Below are positions 1-10,096 of a stretch of DNA of 64,000 nt, in pieces. Each line of letters opens with the position of its first letter. The stretch's first letter is position 1. A model generated the notes under the pieces. That model saw only the letters and a program-made list of their open reading frames with translations. It made no database searches and was not told where the DNA came from. Origin of the DNA: an uncultured Clostridia bacterium (GTDB lineage: Bacteria; Bacillota; Clostridia; Christensenellales; DTU072). A program made the position numbers and the translations under genes. The DNA lies in NCBI GenBank assembly GCA_944362765.1, contig CALVTP010000006.1, positions 3,508-67,507 on the forward strand, read 5' to 3'.

Positions 1-1
1 C

Positions 2-73
2 GAGGCAGACATCATCGCACCGCCAAGCAGCGCCGACGCTGTGGCATGGGTGCTCGAAAACCTGGTAGACTGA
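2..73 (+). CDS. 3' end of an unidentified CDS truncated by the window edge
   Basis: Open frame from the window edge (..EADIIAPPSSADAVAWVLENLVD) ends at TGA 71-73 and is followed by a hairpin terminator. Too short to identify. Confidence 0.3.
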   Translation, partial: EADIIAPPSSADAVAWVLENLVD

Positions 74-120
74 GGAAAACAATCTTCTTTATGCCCCTCG
101 GCAAGAATTAACAACAAATA

Positions 121-153
121 AAAAAGCGGGAACGGCGATTCGCTCCCGCTTTT
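121..153. terminator. Bidirectional intrinsic terminator between the upstream CDS and serA
   Basis: AGCGGGA(125-131)/TCCCGCT(144-150) stem with an inner GCG/CGC. A5 lies upstream and T4 downstream, between convergent genes. Confidence 0.6.
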
Positions 154-172
154 CAGGTGAACCGGATTTAAT

Positions 173-1327
173 TTAAAGAATCCTTATGGAAATGACGTTA
201 TCGAGTTCGGAAAGGGCGTCGGTAACAGAGGCGTCACCGTGACAAAGGTCGCCTTCAAAATCGATTATTGCGTATCCTACGCTACCTTTTTCGGCATATT
301 CCATCGAATACTTATATTTCGAAAGAGCCTCTTTAAGACTTTTATCAAGCGCCGCTCCGGTATTTCCGACAACTGTAATTCTCTCGTCAAATTCCCTTTC
401 CTTAATGACTTTCGGGAAGTTGACCGAATTTATGACGTTGCCGTTTTCGAGGTAGTCCTTCAATTCCTTTGCAGCCATCACCGCACAATTATCCTCCGCT
501 TCTTCGGTGCTTGCGCCGAGATGAGGTATGGCGATAATGCCTTTGGAGTTGATACAGGAGTCGTTCGGAAAGTCGACGACGTACTTTCTCAGCTTTCCGC
601 TCTCAAGAGCCGCCTTTACGTCCGGGACATTTACGAGTTCGCCCCTTGCCATATTGATGACGACGGCGCCGTCCTTCATCACACCGACGGAACGGGAGTT
701 TATCATCTCGCGGGTGGAGTCGGTAAGCGGTACATGAAGAGAGATATAATCGGCAACTTTATAGATATCTTCAGGCGATTTCTGAACTGAAATACCCTCT
801 TTTTCGAGAGAGTCTGCGGCTTCGTCGGAAAGATAGGGGTCGTAGCCTACGACATTCATAGAAAGCGCTTTCGCTGCTCCCGCCACAAGTTTTCCTATCG
901 CTCCGAGTCCGATTATTCCCAAGGTCTTCCCGGATATTTCCGAGCCCGCAAAAGCTTTTTTGCCTTTTTCGACTTGCTTTGCGACGTCTCCTTCCAGCGT
1001 GTTTGCCCATTCGACGCCGCCGACGATATCACGGGCAGCCAAGAGCATTCCGCATATCACAAGTTCTTTGACGGCGTTGGCGTTTGCGCCGGGAGTATTG
1101 AAGACGCATATTCCTTTTTCGGTCATACGGGGTATCGGGATATTGTTTACGCCGGCGCCCGCCCTTGCGACGCACAAAAGATTGTCCGAAATTTCGTAAT
1201 CATCCATTTTAAAGGAGCGAACTAATATTGCGTCGGGAGATTTGGTATCTGAAGATACCGAATAATTGTCATCCAGCACCGAGTAGATTTTATTGCTTAT
1301 AGCATTTAAGGTCAATATTTCAAACAT
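173..1327 (-). CDS. serA: D-3-phosphoglycerate dehydrogenase
   Basis: 384-aa ORF with a D-2-hydroxyacid dehydrogenase fold and NAD-binding motif GIIGLGAIG. C-terminal ACT-like region. Abuts serC. Confidence 0.88.
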   Translation of the reverse strand: MFEILTLNAISNKIYSVLDDNYSVSSDTKSPDAILVRSFKMDDYEISDNLLCVARAGAGVNNIPIPRMTEKGICVFNTPGANANAVKELVICGMLLAARDIVGGVEWANTLEGDVAKQVEKGKKAFAGSEISGKTLGIIGLGAIGKLVAGAAKALSMNVVGYDPYLSDEAADSLEKEGISVQKSPEDIYKVADYISLHVPLTDSTREMINSRSVGVMKDGAVVINMARGELVNVPDVKAALESGKLRKYVVDFPNDSCINSKGIIAIPHLGASTEEAEDNCAVMAAKELKDYLENGNVINSVNFPKVIKEREFDERITVVGNTGAALDKSLKEALSKYKYSMEYAEKGSVGYAIIDFEGDLCHGDASVTDALSELDNVISIRIL

Positions 1328-2401
1328 TTATTTATTCTCCGTCTCGAACTTTTTCATGAACTCGATAAGTTTTTTAACGCCTTCCACAGGCATGGCGTTA
1401 TAGATGCTTGCGCGCATTCCGCCGACGAGTTTATGCCCTTTTATGGAGACAAGACCGTTTTCGGCAGCTTCTTTTACGAACTTGGCGTTCAGCTCGTCGG
1501 AGGCACATACGAACGGTACGTTCATCAACGAGCGGTCGGCGGGATTGACGTAGTTATGGTAGAAGTCGGAATTGTCGATGAAATCGTAAAGGAGTCCCGC
1601 TTTGTATTCGTTGATTTTTTGGATCTCCTTCACGCCGCCGAGTTTAAGAAGGTATTTGAACACCAAGCCCGCCATATAAATCGTAAAGCAGGGGGGAGTA
1701 TTATAGAGAGAATCGGCGTCGGCTTGCGTTTTGTAAGAGAGCATGACGGGGCAGTCGGCTCTTTCGTGCCCGACGAGGTCTTTTCTGACGATGACAATCG
1801 TAAGTCCGGCGGGAGCGACGTTTTTCTGGGCACCCGCGTAAATGAGGCCGTACTTGGTGACGTCGACTTCCTCGCTTAAAATCATCGAAGACATATCCGC
1901 GACTATCGGCGCATTTGCGACGGGGTAAGTTCTCGCGGTGTAGCGGGAACCGAAAATGGTGTTGTTCTGGCAGATATGGACGTAGTCTATGTCGTCACGG
2001 AATCTGACTCCTTCGGGAATATAGGTAAAGTTTTTGTCCTTCGAGGTCGCCTGAACGACTATGTCTCCGAACTTGACCGCCTCTTTCGCTGCTTTTCCGG
2101 AGAAGTTTCCGGTGACGACGTAATCGGCTTTTCCTTTTACGAGAAGGTTCAGCGGAACGGCGGAAAATTGCTGGCTGGCGCCGCCCTGTACGAAGAGAAT
2201 ATAGTAATCTTCGGGAATATTCATCAATGTTCTGAGGTCGTTGAGCGCCGACATGTGAATTTCGTCGTACCACTTGGAGCGGTGCGACATTTCCGTCACG
2301 GACATACCGGAACCTTTATAATCTACGAAATCTTTTTGCGCTTCCAGCTTGACTTCTTCGGGGAGCATGCCGGGACCTGCGGAAAAGTTATAAACTTTCA
2401 T
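1328..2401 (-). CDS. serC: Phosphoserine aminotransferase
   Basis: 357-aa ORF. The N-terminus MKVYNFSAGPGMLPEEV is typical of SerC. Operon partner of serA. Confidence 0.92.
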   Translation of the reverse strand: MKVYNFSAGPGMLPEEVKLEAQKDFVDYKGSGMSVTEMSHRSKWYDEIHMSALNDLRTLMNIPEDYYILFVQGGASQQFSAVPLNLLVKGKADYVVTGNFSGKAAKEAVKFGDIVVQATSKDKNFTYIPEGVRFRDDIDYVHICQNNTIFGSRYTARTYPVANAPIVADMSSMILSEEVDVTKYGLIYAGAQKNVAPAGLTIVIVRKDLVGHERADCPVMLSYKTQADADSLYNTPPCFTIYMAGLVFKYLLKLGGVKEIQKINEYKAGLLYDFIDNSDFYHNYVNPADRSLMNVPFVCASDELNAKFVKEAAENGLVSIKGHKLVGGMRASIYNAMPVEGVKKLIEFMKKFETENK

Positions 2402-2672
2402 GAGTCATCCTTCCTTTTAATAATTGTTTAAAAAAATTATACTCCCCGGCAGAAAAAAAGTCCATCGTTTTATTAAAAATGCGTGCGGAACGCAAAAATT
2501 ACGGCTGCCGCGCCGGGAGCGGATATAAGCCGCCGCCAAGCGACCGTATTATTCGGCGATTGATTAGTGCAGTATGTGTAGTATAATTTCACTTGAATTT
2601 CACATTTATGTATTATATAATTAATGTCACCGCCGGTGAAAGGCGGGAAAAATCGTACGATAAGGAACCGAA

Positions 2673-4508
2673 ATGCGCACAAAAAAGCTGTTGCCGATAA
2701 TTGCTCTTTGCATCGTGGCTGCCGTCATGGCGCTGACTGCCTGCGTTCGGGACGAAGAATCCGAAACGGGGAAATTTGTCGTCGAAAAGGCAGAAGTGTC
2801 CATCCCCGCCGGGCTGAATGACGGCGCTTTGAAAATAGAGTGGCTGACCGACTTCGAAATCAATAAGCCGACGGTGGTTTATTTTCACGGCGTCGGAGAC
2901 TATAACGACATAACCGACCTCGTTTTGGACGAACACATTTACACCACCGATACGGGGAACGACGGAGTCGTCTATACCTCGGGTGAAACGGTTGACAGGA
3001 TAGAAGAGAGTCGTGAACTCAGCCATCACTGGGACGAAAACGATTTTAATCTCGGCGTATTCCATTACGAAAATTTTGCCGATGACACCGCCGATAACGT
3101 CGCTGCGAAGGTATACTCTTCGGCTCGGATGAGCTATATTCCCGCCGCGGGCGGAACGACGGTGACGGGAGGACTTTACTTCAACCTTACCGAAGCTTTT
3201 ATCGCCGAATGGCTGAAAACCGACGCCGATGCTCTGAATACGGCGGGCAGCAAGAGGATGATGGAGATAAGGTTTATAGGCGTCGGAGTGGGCGCCAATC
3301 TTGCCGTTTCCGCAGCCGATTATCTGAATGCTTTGTACGAACAGGGCACGATAGATTCGATGTATCTGCCTAACCGTATCGATATGATAAATCCGTACCT
3401 TGCGCACAACGGCTCCACCCCCGTCGTCGATTACAGGGTGACTACGAACATCCCGTCGCAATTGGAGTATTCCGCCGAGGCGATTTCAAGGCTTGCCGAT
3501 ACCGGAGTGGTGTTCGACTTTGTCGAAAGCCGCCCCGATTTTTATACTTATAACGGCGAAAACTACGACGGAGTCTTTGCCGAGTCGACAAGCGGCGAGG
3601 ACGGGGAAGAGATCAAACTGACCTTCTACGAAGAGGGCGCCTCCGCCTTTTACAGAAGCATTCTTTCAAACGTCGCTTATTTAAGTTTAAGGGAGTCGGT
3701 CACCAAAAACAACGAGACATATCTCAGCGCTTTCGGCGACTCCGAAGAGGGCAGGGCGCGTGCCCGCGACAGGTTCGCTTCCGATTGGTATATGTTCTCG
3801 ATAACCGGTTCGGACGTCACCGGCATCTCCGCCCAGACGGCCATTCCTTACGGCGATTCCGACAACAGACGCCCCGTTCTGGACGGCTACAACCGCGACG
3901 GTGTGACGGCGAGTTCGGCAGTAAAATACGGCGTTTCGGCGTGGACTCCGACGACCTACCTGAGAGCGATAAAGGGTGTGGAGTTCGTGCAAAGAAGCTA
4001 CAACACCTCCGACAAAACCGAAAAAGCGGTGACTTTGGATAAATTCAGAATCGAAAATTACCAGGTTTCGGCAAGTAACTTCCTGGGAACGGACAAATTG
4101 GCGGGCGTTCAGAAGGTGGCGGGCTATGTCTACCTCACCGAAGATTCCGGTAACTACTATGTCGAAATGAAACGCGATAAGCGCCTTCAGGGAATAGAAA
4201 TAATAGCCGAATTCACCTCCGACGACGACTCCTTCACGAGGAAAACGACGACCGATAAAACGGGCTATTACGAAATCGACATCGGAATGCAATATATCGA
4301 TTATCAGGTAAAAATCACCGTCAACTTCCCGGGAAACCGCTACAAAAAGCTGACCGCTACGGCGGGAGCGTCGGGTTCGAATTATACAAGACTGACTTTC
4401 AACGGGATAACTTCGGCAGACGGCAGCGTTACTTCGATATATCTGAACAATACCGAGGGCGCCAAATTCTTTATCGGCATCTATAACGGCGGACTGCTAC
4501 CGCTTTAA
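2673..4508 (+). CDS. Lipoprotein with a lipase-like alpha/beta-hydrolase region lacking the catalytic Ser, plus a C-terminal CarboxypepD_reg-like beta-sandwich
   Basis: Lipobox LTAC after a hydrophobic signal peptide. VVYFHGVGDYND and IRFIGVGVGANLA resemble the lipase oxyanion and nucleophile-elbow blocks, but GxSxG is GVGVG. TDKTGYYEIDIG lies near the C-terminus. Confidence 0.7.
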   Translation: MRTKKLLPIIALCIVAAVMALTACVRDEESETGKFVVEKAEVSIPAGLNDGALKIEWLTDFEINKPTVVYFHGVGDYNDITDLVLDEHIYTTDTGNDGVVYTSGETVDRIEESRELSHHWDENDFNLGVFHYENFADDTADNVAAKVYSSARMSYIPAAGGTTVTGGLYFNLTEAFIAEWLKTDADALNTAGSKRMMEIRFIGVGVGANLAVSAADYLNALYEQGTIDSMYLPNRIDMINPYLAHNGSTPVVDYRVTTNIPSQLEYSAEAISRLADTGVVFDFVESRPDFYTYNGENYDGVFAESTSGEDGEEIKLTFYEEGASAFYRSILSNVAYLSLRESVTKNNETYLSAFGDSEEGRARARDRFASDWYMFSITGSDVTGISAQTAIPYGDSDNRRPVLDGYNRDGVTASSAVKYGVSAWTPTTYLRAIKGVEFVQRSYNTSDKTEKAVTLDKFRIENYQVSASNFLGTDKLAGVQKVAGYVYLTEDSGNYYVEMKRDKRLQGIEIIAEFTSDDDSFTRKTTTDKTGYYEIDIGMQYIDYQVKITVNFPGNRYKKLTATAGASGSNYTRLTFNGITSADGSVTSIYLNNTEGAKFFIGIYNGGLLPL

Positions 4509-4589
4509 CGGAATAACCCGTTAAACAGCCCGTTTTCGAAACGGGAAACAGGGTATACTTCAATTAAATCATCTTCCGTAAATGCAACG

Positions 4590-4620
4590 GCGCGGGGAAG
4601 GAAATCTCCGCGCTTATTTT
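4590..4620 (+). terminator. Intrinsic terminator of the lipoprotein gene
   Basis: 9-bp stem GCGCGGGGA/TCTCCGCGC with a 6-nt loop, followed by TTATTTT. Confidence 0.7.
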
Positions 4621-4687
4621 AATTCCGGCATGCCCGGGGCGTTTCCGATCGGGTGTTTTACGTCCGTTCCGGTGGCGGAATCCCATA

Positions 4688-5374
4688 TCATTCGCCCAGA
4701 GCGCGGAGAGCGTTCAAAAGGCGTTCGTCCATCGATTCGGGATCCTTTATGACCACTCTTGCAGGTCTGAGACGCACCACTTCAATGACGGCGTCGGCGT
4801 CCTTATCGGAGGTGTATCTCGGTATGACCACGCGCTCCGGACGGAATGCCTCGGGACCTTTCCCGAGCTCTATGCTCCTGCCGTCCTCGGGGTTTATGAA
4901 GTAGGGGATGAGCCGGTAGACGTCCTCGGGAGAGGAGCATTGTTTCAACAATAACGCCGCCAGCGCTTTTAACTCTTCCCAGTCCTCTTTAAGCTCTTTC
5001 AATCTGAATTCAAACAGCGTGCGTGGAGCGATCTCCATCGGGTATCCCGTCAATTTTTCTATACGCTTTACCTCCTCGTCGCAGTCGACCTGCAAAAGAG
5101 CTCCGAGCAATGCGTATATTTCAAAACCTTGACTTTGGTATTCCGAAATAAGCGATTCAAGAGCCCTGAATTTATAAATGGTGACGATAAGCTCCGCGAC
5201 CGTGCCGACTACGAAGGAGGGTTCCGCCTCTTTTGAAGGGAGAAGCCGGGTGTAGTGAAGGTGTGTTTCAACGGCGCACTCCGTCCCGTGAAGGTCGAAT
5301 TTTTCCGTGAGGAAATCGAGTGCCGCCCGGTCAGAGCGCTCCGCTAAAATGACGGGATTTGGCTTTTCGGTCAT
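4688..5374 (-). CDS. Hypothetical protein (228 aa)
   Basis: Long ORF with coding-like composition. No motif I recognise. Confidence 0.55.
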   Translation of the reverse strand: MTEKPNPVILAERSDRAALDFLTEKFDLHGTECAVETHLHYTRLLPSKEAEPSFVVGTVAELIVTIYKFRALESLISEYQSQGFEIYALLGALLQVDCDEEVKRIEKLTGYPMEIAPRTLFEFRLKELKEDWEELKALAALLLKQCSSPEDVYRLIPYFINPEDGRSIELGKGPEAFRPERVVIPRYTSDKDADAVIEVVRLRPARVVIKDPESMDERLLNALRALGE

Positions 5375-5487
5375 AGCCTTATTATATGTATTCCTCCGCG
5401 ATGTAATGCGCGGGGCGGACGGGAATACCCGATATAATTGCGGGAAATATTTCCCTTTTTAAATTTTAATAATAGATATACAATATA

Positions 5488-5531
5488 TTGACTTTTATCT
5501 TATGTTTTGCTACTATATATTGTGCTATAAA
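5488..5531 (+). promoter_or_regulatory. Candidate sigma-A promoters of parE
   Basis: TTGACT(5488-5493)-17 nt-TACTAT(5511-5516), and an overlapping extended -10 TGcTATAAA (5523-5531). A 5' UTR hairpin TGCCGCC...GGCGGCA follows. Confidence 0.55.
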
Positions 5532-5591
5532 CATTTTTGCCGCCTTTTAAGTTGCCTGAAAAAGAGGGCGGCAGAATTTTCCGGAGGACTC

Positions 5592-7598
5592 ATGCCGAAG
5601 AAAAACGAAGTCAAAGCTTCGGGTTACAATGCCGACGACATCCATGTATTGGAAGGATTGGAACCCGTCAGAAAACGCCCGGGAATGTACATCGGGACGA
5701 CGGGACCGAAGGGGCTGCATCACCTGATCTGGGAAATAGTCGACAATGCCGTCGACGAAGTGATGAACGGTTTTGCCGACACCGTCGAAGTGGTTTTATA
5801 CGACGACGGCTCGGTCTCCGTCAAGGACAACGGAAGAGGTATTCCGGTGGACGTAAACAAAACGCAGAACATGACGGGAGTCGACCTTGTGTTCACAAAG
5901 CTCCACGCGGGCGGCAAGTTTGACAACGGCGGATATCAGTTCAGCGGCGGTCTTCACGGCGTCGGTGCTTCGGTGGTCAATGCCCTTTCGGAATGGCTCG
6001 AAGTGGAGGTTTACCACGATAAAAAGGTTTATTACGAGCGCTTTGAAAGGGTATTTGACGCCGACGGCACAGTGCACAGCGGGCAGACCGTAGTGCCGTT
6101 GAAGGTGAACGGAAAGACCTCGGCAAGGGGAACTTTTGTGCGTTTCAAACCCGATAAGGACGTCTTCGAGACGGTGGAGTTTGACGCGCGCACCATCCGT
6201 ACCCGCGTAAAAGAACTGGCGTTTTTGAACAAAGGAGCCGCTTTCATATTCGAAGACAGGCGCGCTCCCGATCCGGAGACGGGGGAATACAAGCGCTTCG
6301 AATACCGCTACAAAGGGGGGCTTCAGGACTTTGTCCAAAGTCTCAACGCCGACAAGGAAAAGCGCTCCGACAAGGTGATTTACATCGAAGCGGGCGCAAG
6401 TAACGGGCTTCAGATACAGATAGCCATTCAATACACGACGACTTTTGTCGAAAATATAATCTCTTACGTCAACAACATCCCGACGACGGAAGGGGGCACT
6501 CACGAGACGGGCTTCAAGCTGGCGTTCACCAAGGCGATGAACGAATACATCAAGCGCAACAAGCTGATGAAGGACAAGGACAAGGATTTGCAGCTTGTGG
6601 GCGAGGACTACCGCGAAGGCATGACCGCCGTCATCAACCTGAAATTGAAGGAAGTGCAGTTCGAGGGACAGACCAAGACCAAGCTCGGAAACCCGGAGGT
6701 GAAAGGCATAGTCGACTCCATCGTCTACGAGAAGCTGACCGCCTACTTTTCGGAGCCAAAAAATAAAGATATCGCCCTGTTAATAGCAAAACTTGCCATC
6801 AACGCGGGCAAAATCCGTCAGGAAGAAAAAAAGATAAAGGACGCCCTCAGAAGCTCCAAAAACAGCATGACGGGAAAGACGGCTATCGGAAAGCTGTCGA
6901 ACTGTTCGGGGCGCGATTATTCGAGAAACGAACTGTTCATAGTCGAAGGCGATTCCGCAGGCGGCTCGGCGAAGAAGGGACGCGACCGCACCTTCCAGGC
7001 GGTACTGGCGCTGAGAGGAAAACCGTTGAATACCGAAAAGTCGAAGAAGACGGATATGCTGCAAAACGCCGAGATAAATACGATAATTTACGCTCTCGGC
7101 ACAGACTTCGACAAGGACTTCAATATCAAAAACCTCAAATTCGATAAGATAATAATTCTGGCGGACGCCGACCACGACGGCGAGCATATCCGCTGTCTTC
7201 TGCTGACATTCTTTTATAGATATATGCGCCCGCTGGTCACCGAAGGGCATGTTTATCTCGGGATGCCGCCTCTTTACAGGGTGACGCAGAAGGGGGTGAC
7301 GCGCTACGCGTATAACGACCTCGAGCTCGACAAAATCCTTCATGAGACCAAAGGGCAATACAATCTCCAGCGTTACAAGGGGCTTGGCGAGATGAACGAC
7401 GACCAGCTTTGGGAGACGACGCTGAACCCGAAGACGAGAACGCTTACCAGAGTCACCGTCGAGGACGCCGCCGAAGCCGACGAGATGATCTCCCTTCTTA
7501 TGGGCAACAACGCCGACAGAAGGAAGGAATTCATCAACGAAAACGCCAATTTCAACAAGGTTGACGCCTTCCAATCGAAACTCGGAGGACAGAAATGA
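5592..7598 (+). CDS. parE: Type IIA topoisomerase subunit B (topoisomerase IV ParE favoured over GyrB)
   Basis: GHKL block [16 protein letters not shown] and Toprim [10 protein letters not shown]. Start moved to ATG 5592, which has a GGAGGA RBS; the ORF-track start 5502 adds a non-homologous leader. The ParE call depends on the partner subunit. Confidence 0.9.
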   Translation: MPKKNEVKASGYNADDIHVLEGLEPVRKRPGMYIGTTGPKGLHHLIWEIVDNAVDEVMNGFADTVEVVLYDDGSVSVKDNGRGIPVDVNKTQNMTGVDLVFTKLHAGGKFDNGGYQFSGGLHGVGASVVNALSEWLEVEVYHDKKVYYERFERVFDADGTVHSGQTVVPLKVNGKTSARGTFVRFKPDKDVFETVEFDARTIRTRVKELAFLNKGAAFIFEDRRAPDPETGEYKRFEYRYKGGLQDFVQSLNADKEKRSDKVIYIEAGASNGLQIQIAIQYTTTFVENIISYVNNIPTTEGGTHETGFKLAFTKAMNEYIKRNKLMKDKDKDLQLVGEDYREGMTAVINLKLKEVQFEGQTKTKLGNPEVKGIVDSIVYEKLTAYFSEPKNKDIALLIAKLAINAGKIRQEEKKIKDALRSSKNSMTGKTAIGKLSNCSGRDYSRNELFIVEGDSAGGSAKKGRDRTFQAVLALRGKPLNTEKSKKTDMLQNAEINTIIYALGTDFDKDFNIKNLKFDKIIILADADHDGEHIRCLLLTFFYRYMRPLVTEGHVYLGMPPLYRVTQKGVTRYAYNDLELDKILHETKGQYNLQRYKGLGEMNDDQLWETTLNPKTRTLTRVTVEDAAEADEMISLLMGNNADRRKEFINENANFNKVDAFQSKLGGQK

Positions 7599-10096
7599 GA
7601 AAGGAAAAGATAAAGCAATTAAGTCTCGATCTGGAGAGCACCGTCACCGAAAAACCGATAGAAGCCATCATGCCGGAATCGATGATGATCTATTCCGAGC
7701 ACGTAATTCTGGATCGCGCACTGCCGAGAGTGGAGGACGGATTGAAACCCGTTCAGCGCAGGATACTTTATACGATGTATAACCTGAATATGAAGCCGAA
7801 GGGCGGCTTCAAAAAGTCGGCGCGCATCGTCGGCGACTGCATGGGTAAGTACCACCCCCACGGCGACTCCTCCATTTACGACGCCATGGTCAGGCTGACG
7901 CAGGATTTCAATATGCGGATGCCGCTGATAAAAGGGCAGGGGAACTTCGGAACTCTGACCGACCCGCCCGCCGCAATGAGGTACACCGAGGTGGAGATGG
8001 GCGCGCTCGGAATGGAGCTTCTTCGCGACATCGACAAGGACACCGTCAGGTGGAATAAAAACTTCGACGACACGTTGGACGAACCGGATCTTCTCCCGGG
8101 CAGGTTCCCGAATCTTTTGGTCAACGGCGCGCAGGGAATAGCGATAGGGCTTGCGACGAACATCCCTACGCATAACCTTACCGAAGTCATCGACGGTTGT
8201 ATCGCCACTCTTGAAAATCCGAGAATTTCGCTGGAAGAGCTGATGACCTTCATCAAAGGACCGGATTTCCCGTCCGGCGGCTTTCTGGTGGGCGGGAAGG
8301 AGCTTACGGAAGCCTACCGCACCGGGAAAGGAAGGATAGTCATCTCGGGAAGAGCCGATATCGAAGGGGACGGCGACAAGCAAAGCATAGTCATTACGGA
8401 ACTGCCGTACGGCGTCAACCCGAACAGCCTGATAGACAAAATTTACTCCCTCCGCGAAAAGAAAAAAGAGCTCTTCGGAAACATCACCGAAATTTCAGAC
8501 GAGACGACGAGGGGTATCCGTATAGTCATCAAATTGAAAAAGGGAGAGGACGCGTCAAAGCTTCTGGATGCCCTGTACAAACATACCGAACTGCAGTCGG
8601 CATTCAACTTAAACATGGTGGCGATAGCCGACGGCAAACCGCGGCTTATGGGTATCCAAAAGGTGTTGGAGTATTACCTGAACTACCAAAAACAGATAGT
8701 CCGCAACAGAAGTATCCACGAGCTCGGAGTCGCAAAAAAACGCGCCGAGGTGTTGGAAGGATATCTGACAGTCATACCCGATATCGACGAGGTGATAGCG
8801 CTTATACGCTCCTCTCAAAACCGCGGCGAAGCCAAAGTGAGGCTGCGCGAAAGGTACGCTTTAAGCGAGATTCAGGCGGAGGCGATTCTGAGTTTGCAGC
8901 TCGGAAACATCAATAAACTCGACGTAGGGAAGTACACCGAGGAATTGAAGGGGCTGAAAAAGGATATCGAGCGGCTGACGAAAATAAAGGACTCCGTCCG
9001 CGAACAGACCGCCGTCGTCAAACAGGAACTCATCGAGATCCGCGACCGTTACAAAAACGAAGCAAATTCGAGAAGGCTTACCAAAATAATCGGCGACATA
9101 AAGGACATCGAGACCAAACCTTTCGACCCCACCAAGAGGACAGCCAAGCGCATGATAGCCGCTTTGACCGCCGACGGCGGTGTCAAGTTCATGACGGGGA
9201 GAAGTTATCTCGGCGCCAACCGCGAAGCGGGCGCGGGGGACATCAACTCCGTGCATACCGTAGTCGAAGAAATCCCGGCGGGACATATGGTGCTGATATT
9301 CGGAAGCCTCGGGAATTGTTATAAATTCGACCCCTCCGCCATCCGCGACAGACAGTGGACGGAAAAGGGCGAGGCGCTTTCGGACATCGTGCCGGACGCT
9401 CCCTCAAACGAAAAGGCTGTGGCGGCGCTTCCGTTCGACCCCGAGGCGGTGCCTGCGTCGGAAGTCTACATCTATACCGCGCTCGGCATGGTAAAGCGGA
9501 GCGCATTCTCCGCCCTTGTGGTCGGTAAAATCTTCTATCAGGCGATGACGTTAAAGGAGGGGGACGAAGTCATCGGCGCCGAAGTGGTTGTACCGGGCTC
9601 GACGATATTGTTTGTCAGCTCCGACGGTCAGTGCGTCAACTCGCTTACCGACGACTATCCCGAACAGGGCAGGATCGCCGGCGGCGTCATAGGCATGAAC
9701 TTAAACCGCGACCAACGCGTCGTTTACGCGGGGCAAGCCGACGTCGAGATTGTGACGGGAGAAGAAGGAGACATTCCGATGCCGCTCGGAGAAATTCTTG
9801 TCGTCACCGAAAAGGGGACGGGGAAACGGGTCATCGCTTCCGAATTCCCGCCGATGAAGAGGAACAGAAAAGGGTTGAGAATAATAGATATCTACGGCGA
9901 AAACATCTCCGTTATTTTTGCAGGTAAGGTGCTGGAGCCGTATAAAGTCGTAATCGAGGACAAGGAAGGGGAACTTCATGTCGTCGATACCGAGGAAATC
10001 AGGATCGAAAGGAAGGACACCAAAGGAAAACCCATTGTCCGAGGCATTCGCCCGAAGCGCATCTTCAAAGCCAGGGAGGAGTACGAAAATGGCTAA
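7595..10096 (+). CDS. parC: Type IIA topoisomerase subunit A (topoisomerase IV ParC favoured over GyrA)
   Basis: KPVQRRILY (GyrA usually has KPVHRRIL), YHPHGDSS and AAMRYTE (catalytic Tyr). I could not find a GyrA-box (QRRGGKG-like) in the C-terminal domain. ATGA overlap with parE. Confidence 0.9.
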   Translation: MRKEKIKQLSLDLESTVTEKPIEAIMPESMMIYSEHVILDRALPRVEDGLKPVQRRILYTMYNLNMKPKGGFKKSARIVGDCMGKYHPHGDSSIYDAMVRLTQDFNMRMPLIKGQGNFGTLTDPPAAMRYTEVEMGALGMELLRDIDKDTVRWNKNFDDTLDEPDLLPGRFPNLLVNGAQGIAIGLATNIPTHNLTEVIDGCIATLENPRISLEELMTFIKGPDFPSGGFLVGGKELTEAYRTGKGRIVISGRADIEGDGDKQSIVITELPYGVNPNSLIDKIYSLREKKKELFGNITEISDETTRGIRIVIKLKKGEDASKLLDALYKHTELQSAFNLNMVAIADGKPRLMGIQKVLEYYLNYQKQIVRNRSIHELGVAKKRAEVLEGYLTVIPDIDEVIALIRSSQNRGEAKVRLRERYALSEIQAEAILSLQLGNINKLDVGKYTEELKGLKKDIERLTKIKDSVREQTAVVKQELIEIRDRYKNEANSRRLTKIIGDIKDIETKPFDPTKRTAKRMIAALTADGGVKFMTGRSYLGANREAGAGDINSVHTVVEEIPAGHMVLIFGSLGNCYKFDPSAIRDRQWTEKGEALSDIVPDAPSNEKAVAALPFDPEAVPASEVYIYTALGMVKRSAFSALVVGKIFYQAMTLKEGDEVIGAEVVVPGSTILFVSSDGQCVNSLTDDYPEQGRIAGGVIGMNLNRDQRVVYAGQADVEIVTGEEGDIPMPLGEILVVTEKGTGKRVIASEFPPMKRNRKGLRIIDIYGENISVIFAGKVLEPYKVVIEDKEGELHVVDTEEIRIERKDTKGKPIVRGIRPKRIFKAREEYENG

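Noticed and set aside
5502-5591. N-terminal extensions implied by the ORF-track starts: parE 5502, der 9978, rlmN 22578, pta 32962, plsX 35627, murG up to 40353, alpha-galactosidase 55925.
   Set aside because: In each case the family-typical N-terminus begins at an internal ATG preceded by a GGAGG-type RBS. The extra residues are non-homologous or overlap the upstream gene.
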